This document shows, in pieces, positions 56,523 through 64,000 of a stretch of DNA of 64,000 nt; positions within the stretch are counted from its first letter, which is position 1; every line of letters begins with the position of its first letter. The position numbers and the translations under genes are program-made. This stretch comes from Sminthopsis crassicaudata. Its lineage: Eukaryota. The DNA lies in the NCBI RefSeq assembly GCF_048593235.1, contig NC_133619.1:642608558-642672557 (forward strand), given 5' to 3'. The notes beneath the pieces were generated by a model that had not been told where the DNA came from, made no database searches, and saw only the letters and a program-made list of their open reading frames with translations.

Positions 56523-58069
56523 GTGAGCGTGGGACAGCCTCCCAGCCTTTGCCCATCGCCGGTGCTGGGGCGTGGGAGAGGCGCTGCATTGGCCCCCACT
56601 GTGCCTCGATCAGCCTCCGCGCCTTTGGCATGTTCCTGTATTTGCTCCCTGTCCTCCCAAAGAGTGGCCTGCTGTGGGGGCCGAGCCAGGTGCCCTGGAG
56701 GCAAAGTGCAAAGTGGCCTGGGCCTGGATGGATGGATGTGCAATAATAAATAACAGCACCATTTGTATACTGCCTTAGCCGGCTGGCCCAGCGCTGAGTT
56801 CTTCTCTCTCTGATCCTCACAACCACCTTAGGAAGGTGCTGTCGGGATCCCCATTTTACAAAGAGAAAACTGAGGCCGCATTTGAGCTCCCGTTTTCCTG
56901 CCTCTCCAGTAGCTCCGCGCTCTGGAGCGGCCCCTAGCGGCCAAGAACCCTGCACCGAGGCCTAAGTCTCGGTGGGAGGGGCGAGGGAGGTGAGAGATGG
57001 AAAAAGAGGCTAGGGGCGGCTCTTTGGCGTACTTTTGCGCCTGCGCTCGGTGCTCCTTTGCCTGCTGGGAGATGTAGTTCGGAGCGGGATGCGCTGCTGC
57101 GTTCGGCCGGGCTGGAGCGAGTGGAATATGGTGGGGGTGAAGGGAGGAGCTTCTTCGTAGGCCCGCCCCCGTGACGTTATTTCCCCCGGCCGTACCTGAG
57201 ACGCTCCCCGCGGATGGGGTCAGCGTGGGAGCCCCAGCCCCACTCCCCCTACTCTCTCGTTCCCCTTCCCAGGCGCGCAATCTTCCTTCCGAAACCTCTG
57301 ATCCTTTGCCCAGGAAGGAGCCCGCCCTCCCTGCCCTTATTCTTCGACACGCAGAGGAGGGAGGTGGCGCTGCTGTGCCTCCGACGGGCCTTGGCGGGGG
57401 TCTCCGGGAGCACTCCTCCTAGGGGGACGCCCGCGTTGGGGGAGGGGGCGGGAGAGGCTGTATCTGTCCGGCATCCTCTGGGGTCAGCTCTAGTAGCCGA
57501 GTGTGGGAGGGGGGGCTGACCGGGGCACTCCTCTCCCCACTTAGGCTGGCCCTGAGCCGGGAGTGGCAGGGGCTGGGGGTGGGGGTTGAGGGGATCTGGG
57601 ACTCAGACCTGAGGTCACAGTGGCCGTGATCCTTTGGGCCATATTGCTGGGATTGTGGGTAGGAGCCGGACCCTTGCCTGGAGCAGGGTCCGAATGTCAG
57701 AATCCCCTTGGTGAGGCTCTTGGAGGAGGCAGGGCCCAGCCCCCGCAGCCCCCGTGTAGGCATGCTCCCCCAAATCAGCCCCCTTCTTACTCCGCGGGTC
57801 TTTGCGGAGCTCTCCGTCCTCGTGGTGTCTGCCCTCCCTCCATACCGGTGCCCTGCCCCCACCCATGGCCAGAGCCGGCCGCCACCGATCCTGGAGCGGG
57901 TCTTTGGGAGCCCACCTTCCTGGAGGACTTTAGGGACACGAGGGGGAGTCCCGAGACAGTGGGGGGCGCCAGGAGGAGGAGCGGAGGGGATGATGATCTG
58001 GAGGCAAGTCCAGCCGGGAAGACCGAGGAGTGGGGAGTGGGACGGGGGTCCCCAAGCCCGGAGAGAGGA

Positions 58070-58265
58070 GCGCCCCGGGCTGTAAGCGGGGGCCTGAGCA
58101 AAGGCCGGTGCATGTGGCCCTCCGAGGTCACCGGAGGAGGCACATGGGATGGAATGGGGGATTAGGAAGGGAGCGGAGACACGCCATCCTGGGACCAGAG
58201 TCAGCAGGGATGGAAGGGGCGCTAGGGCCCAGGCAGGGACTGAACGCAAGCGGGAGCTGGGGGGT
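58070..58265 (+). repeat. Diverged direct duplication, copy B (copy A at about 36875-37095)
   Basis: See copy A. Exact 42-mer at 58181-58222. Confidence 0.9.
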
Positions 58266-58599
58266 GGCTTTCCCCACATGTTTAGGCCATAACTCACCCA
58301 AATGATCACTAAGGGTAGGAGAGAAATTAATGGAACCACAAGTCGGGGCTCTGCCTTATCCAAGGAGGGGAGGGGATGCACAGAAGGCTGGGAGCAGAGC
58401 ATGCAGTAGGTGCTTAATCAGGCCTAGAGTGGGGGTGGGGCCTGGGTAGGAAAGAAAGGGGCTCCTATGTCCTGGGTCAGTCCACTGGGGAGATGAGGGG
58501 CCTCGCTGGCCACTGTCCACGCCCTGCATCGCCCCGGTTACTATGGAGACCAGAGCCTGCAGCCCGCCCACTCCACACTGCCTCATCCGCGCCGGCCAT

Positions 58600-58900
58600 C
58601 CTCTGGCAGGACTCCATTTCCCAGCAGGCCTCAGAGTCACCCGGAAAGTGATGTCACTCAGTAAGATAGTGGGGGAGGGTCAAGCGGCCTCTTGTGCGTA
58701 AGAGCGGGTCCGAGGAATCTTGGGAGTCGTAGTCCGAGCCTCCTGCACGCAGGCGCAGTGCGTTGGGAGTCTGGCGCTGTCCGCTTTGTCCAGCTCGGGG
58801 CTGGCAGGGGGTGAGTCCTGCCCCGCACCGCGGGGCGGATGGCCGTGGGAGGTGGAAAATGAGGGCTTGGGGGTCACCTTACTAGCGTCCCGGCGGCCCC
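58600..58900. promoter_or_regulatory. CpG promoter-like element
   Basis: CCGGAAAGTG at 58641-58650 overlapping TGATGTCA at 58649-58656. Plus donor CA|GTAAGA after 58660. Minus donor at about 58883. A similar CpG island with TGACGT lies at about 57000-57450. Confidence 0.45.
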
Positions 58901-60039
58901 CCCCTGCCCCCGTCTGCTGAGAAACGGAGTGCCGGGTGCCTGTAGCCCCCTCCCCATCTCCTTCCCCCAGCCGCAAAACCCTCCTCTTAGTCTTTCGTCC
59001 CCCCAAAGCCGGTGCCTGCACATAGTAGGGGCCTCATAGATGCTTGTTCTCTATCTCTTAGCTCCTGGTTAGACCGGGAGCACCTGGAAGCCGGGACTGC
59101 CCGGTGCCATTCCCTGCAGAGAGGCAGAAGAAAGGGAGGGAACATGCCATTGTGAAGCACCTACTATGTGCCGAGCACTGTGCCGACTGCTTGAATTCTA
59201 TTCCCCCACGTCTCTGGGATGGAAGGGCAATTTTGATCCCCATTTTACAGATGTGGAAACTGAGGCAGGCACACACCTAGTGTGCCTCTGACTCTGGATT
59301 TGAACTTAGGGCTTCTGGGCCCAGGGGAGCCCCTGCTTGTGGAGTGTAGGAGGTCCCCAAAGCCTGGCTGAAGCCATCCCTTCTCCCTTCTCCCCAGGCT
59401 TCTTCCTCCAGTATGGGGAGACTAGGGGAGCTCTTTCCTCCCCCTGGTGGTTCATATCTGGGCCTCTCAAGCTCCCTCTTTGTCTTTAGGCCTGGGTGCC
59501 ACGCCTCCTCCCACACCCCCTGCCCCCTACCCGGAGCCGGTGGCAAGCACTCGGACCCCTCGATCCTCTTCGACCTGCTGGCCTAACAGTATGTTTCCTC
59601 CCTTGTCTTTGGCGCAATGTTCTGAGTCTTTGAAGCCCCTTTGGGGGCCTGGGGAGGTCCGTCCCCGGGAGACTGCATACAGCCAGTGTTTCCTAAATGC
59701 TTAATGCTGTTCTAGTGGCTCCTCCCAGTTCCCCCTCCTGTCATCCTCTGTCTCTCCACAATCCATGGGCTGTGTCTGTGTCTTCAGGTTCCTGAAGGGC
59801 TCCAGGGCTGGAGGGTCCTTCTTGGGGGGCCCAAGCATTCATTCAGCATCTGTGGTGTGCTGGGGGCCCTATGCTACTGGTATAGGTAGGGCTTTGAATA
59901 GTGTGACTAGATGGGATGCTCCGTGGTTGGGGGAGGGAGGGGAAGGAGGAGGGCGTTTCAGGCTGGAGGCCAGGGGGGCCAGGGTGCAAAGCGTGGGGGG
60001 CTAGACGGGAACTGGGTTATCTGCCTGCTTCTGCCTGCT

Positions 60040-60440
60040 TCCCCCTGCTCGGCCACACCCCCATTGGGCACCTCCAGGAGGCGTCAGGAAAGGTTCCCTG
60101 GAGCCTGGAGGAGCTTGGACTGAGGGTTCCAGGAGCCCCCAGTGCCTTTGCTGGGGGGAGTGTGACATGTGTGCATTTGCTCTGGGGGAAGGGGTGGGGA
60201 AGGTTTCATTGGGAGGGTCCAGGACCCCAGGAGCATTGTGGGACACGACTGGGAGAGAGTGCCAGAGAAGGGGCTGGGAAACCAGTGGTGAACCTGAAGA
60301 GCCTGCTGGGAGTGAACTGAATGGAGCCATCTCAATTGGGTTGGGGGGTCTGGGAGTGTGGCCTGCTGGCAGTTTGGGATGGGCTGCTTGGAGGAGGGAT
60401 ACAGTAGGTGCATAATAATGCTCACAGGGTGAGTACCCCA
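60040..60440 (+). pseudogene. Possible decayed PRY/SPRY (B30.2) exon; a decayed SCAN exon is the alternative
   Basis: GRFHWEG...GESAREG has spacing like SPRY GRHYWEV...RESVRRKG. QEASG...LEEL and QEHC also weakly resemble SCAN. The signal is weak and ambiguous. Confidence 0.25.
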
Positions 60441-61204
60441 GATTTCCCACCTACTCAAAGTCCTTTGTAAGGAATTAGCATTTATGTAGCGCCTCCTGGG
60501 ACTAGGATCTGTGAGGCTCTGCAGATCTCTCTGATCCTGGCGAAAGGCTGTTCTGACCTCCATGTTACACTTGTGGAAACAGAGGCAGTGTCTTACTCAG
60601 GGCTCCACAGTGAGTATCTGAGGCCACGTTTAGACTCGGGCCTTCCTGACAGCTCCACGAGGTGCCTCGAAGATCACTAGAAGATGGCCAAAGCGGGCCG
60701 GGCACCCCACGCTACCGAGCCCGGGGCTGCTGAGCGCACCTGGTCGGCCAAGGCAGAGCCTGACCCCAAGTCCCCCAAAGGATCCAGGGGAGCACCTTGT
60801 GGGGAAGAAAGACCAGCTCTCCCCTGGTGCCTCGAAGACTTTCACCCGCTGTCCGAGCTTGGCCCACCCAACACGGGGGCAGGGCGCTCCCACTTCCTCT
60901 GCCCCCATTATTAGGACCCCCAGATTCCCCAGGAGGGGCCAGTGGGAAAGAGCCCTGAGACCCTCGGGACAGATGCCTCCTCCTGAGGTCCCTGTGGGTC
61001 AGGACTAGGAGAGAATGGGTAATTGTCAGCCGGTGGGCCTTCGGACCCAACAGTGGGGATGGGGCGGGTCTGAGCCGGCTTTGGGCCCGTGGTGGTGAGG
61101 CTGCCCTGTCACCTTCCTCCGGGGGACTGGAGCAGTGGGAACAGGATTCCGGGTAAGGGATGTGGGTCTTTAGGAGTAACCCTGGGGCCTCCCAAGATTA
61201 GGTC

Positions 61205-61710
61205 TGCCCTGGTCCTGGAGTTATCAATGCCCAGCACCAGGTCTGCCCCCTAGTGGTGTCCCCGTGGAGTTAATGCTGCCTAGCATCCGGTCTGCCCCCC
61301 CTACTGGTGTCTTTCTGCACCTTGCATCAAGTCTGCATCCGAGGGGTGTCATTCTGTAGTTAATGCTGCCAAACATCAGGTCTGTCCCCAGTGTCCCTCT
61401 GGAATTAATGATCCCCCGCATCAGATCTGCCCCCCAATGGTGTTCCCGTGGAGTTAATGCCTCCCAGCACCACGTCTGCCTTCTAGTAGTCTCCACCTAG
61501 AGTTATTAATGCTAGCATCAGGTCTGCCCCCTAGTGGTGTCCCCCTGGGGTTAATAATGCCCAGCACCAGGTCTGCCCCCTAGTGGTGTCCCCGTGGAGT
61601 TAATGCTGCCTAGCACCAGGTCTGCCCCCTAGTGGTGTCCCCCTGGAGTTAATGCTATCCAGCACTGGGGCTGTGCCTTAGTGATATTCCCCTGTAGTTA
61701 ATACTGGCTA
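61205..61710. promoter_or_regulatory. About 49-bp tandem array of CTCF motifs (4 perfect plus about 6 degenerate), all in the same orientation
   Basis: CTGCCCCCTAGTGG (reverse complement CCACTAGGGGGCAG) at 61243-61256, 61524-61537, 61573-61586 and 61622-61635. Confidence 0.8.
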
Positions 61711-62170
61711 ACACCAGATGCTGGAGCCTCTGGTCCAGAGTAGTTCTTAGCAGACCTTGTGGTACCTGCCCGAGGTGCTGGAATTAGGGAAGTCAGCATG
61801 TTGACTATGTGCAGGGCACTGTGCTAAATCTGGCAATATCAATAGAAACCAGAAGAATTGTGGGTTTTGTCCTTCAATGGGAAAAGGCAGGGTGGGGAGA
61901 GTGGGGACGTAGTGACCCCACCCCGGGACAGGAGGATGAGATAGAGGAAGGGCCAGGGATGGGACATGGCCAGCCTCACCTCTGGCTGCCGCCTTCCTCT
62001 TCTTTCTCTGTTCAGTGCCTGGTCAGTGGCTCCCCCAGCTGCCCTCCTTGGGCTCTCTCCCATCGGGGCCACCTCTGCTGCCATTGTGTGGGATGCCTGC
62101 CTGCATTGTCATGTGCTTTTCCTTCATTACTACCAGCCCAGGGAACATGTGCGGTTTTTATGTCTTTCAG

Positions 62171-63216
<1,046 letters not shown>

Positions 63217-63879
63217 CTGAGATATGAAGGTGTCCTTGCTCTTGTGTAGATCAAGTGAGATGATATTTGTAAAAGGCTTAGCATGGTGGCTGAGGTGCAG
63301 GAATCCTCCTTCAGGGGAGTTGGGCTTGGTGTCCCAAGCCAGGTTGTCCCACACAGGAGGAGAGGGAGCCCCTACACTAGCCTCACATGTCCTCCAGCTA
63401 GGCAAGTATTATTTTGCACCAAAGAATTCACCCTGGGTTGAGGGTCAGAGAATGTGGGAAAGTCTGGAGGAGGAACTCAGACCTGGGCCCTGCCCTCAGC
63501 AGCTCACCGTCGGTTAGGATGATGCTTGTGTGGCTGAGCAGAGGTCTCTGTTCTGGGTGAGGATGCTAAGCTCCCTAGGACCAAGACATTGACAATTCAG
63601 ATCTTTTCTGGAGCCTGGCCCTGTTTAAACAGGAGTGCTGCCATCCAGAGGGAAGGGCCAGGCACTCATACTAGAGGATGGAGGCAGATAGAAGAACTGA
63701 ATTCAAGGGTATGGAAAAGATACAGAAAAGACACAGACAGCCCTAGAGAAATGTGTTTGTGTCCCACAAGGCTGTCATGATTAGGCAGATAAAACAGATC
63801 CAGTTCAGTGCATGTGGTGCACCCCAAGGGGAGGGCTTCCAAGGGATCAGATGGTGGAAATGCAGAAAGAAACAAATGA

Positions 63880-64000
<121 letters not shown>

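Noticed and set aside
57419-58402. 327-aa minus-strand ORF overlapping duplication copy B
   Set aside because: The equivalent frame in copy A is broken by a stop, and there is no domain similarity. Long ORFs are common at this GC content.

Overview
GC-rich mammalian genomic window. The L1/L2/LTR remnants look marsupial, possibly dasyurid (inference). It is syntenic with human 19q13.43, based on recalled human gene order. From left to right: L1/LTR remnants; an intact, very GC-rich family-10 olfactory receptor (OR10AC1-like, + strand 5974-6954); an old L1 spanning a 230-N gap; RNF225 (- strand, one coding exon); RPS5 (- strand, five coding exons, 5'TOP and TATA promoter); and a bidirectional CpG promoter driving a ZNF497 orthologue with an N-terminal SCAN domain and 15 C2H2 fingers. 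A complete 9-coding-exon PYD-FISNA-NACHT-LRR gene follows (NLRP12/NLRP3-like, about 1055 aa). After it come a small TRIM-derived unit with a broken RING and intact B-box, a 49-bp tandem array of CTCF motifs, and frameshifted C2H2 pseudo-exons. The most notable signals are: (i) a VNTR that copies the NLRP PYD-exon splice donor into a different phase and could give PYD-only products; (ii) a possible B-box-only microprotein gene with promoter, Kozak ATG and AATAAA; (iii) a diverged direct duplication bracketing the NLRP+TRIM block, which lies where A1BG is expected, with the CTCF array just beyond it; (iv) a phase-compatible unannotated divergent gene model opposite ZNF497. All gene models were assembled by eye from splice signals and reading frames. 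Gene names rest on recalled protein sequences, not database searches.
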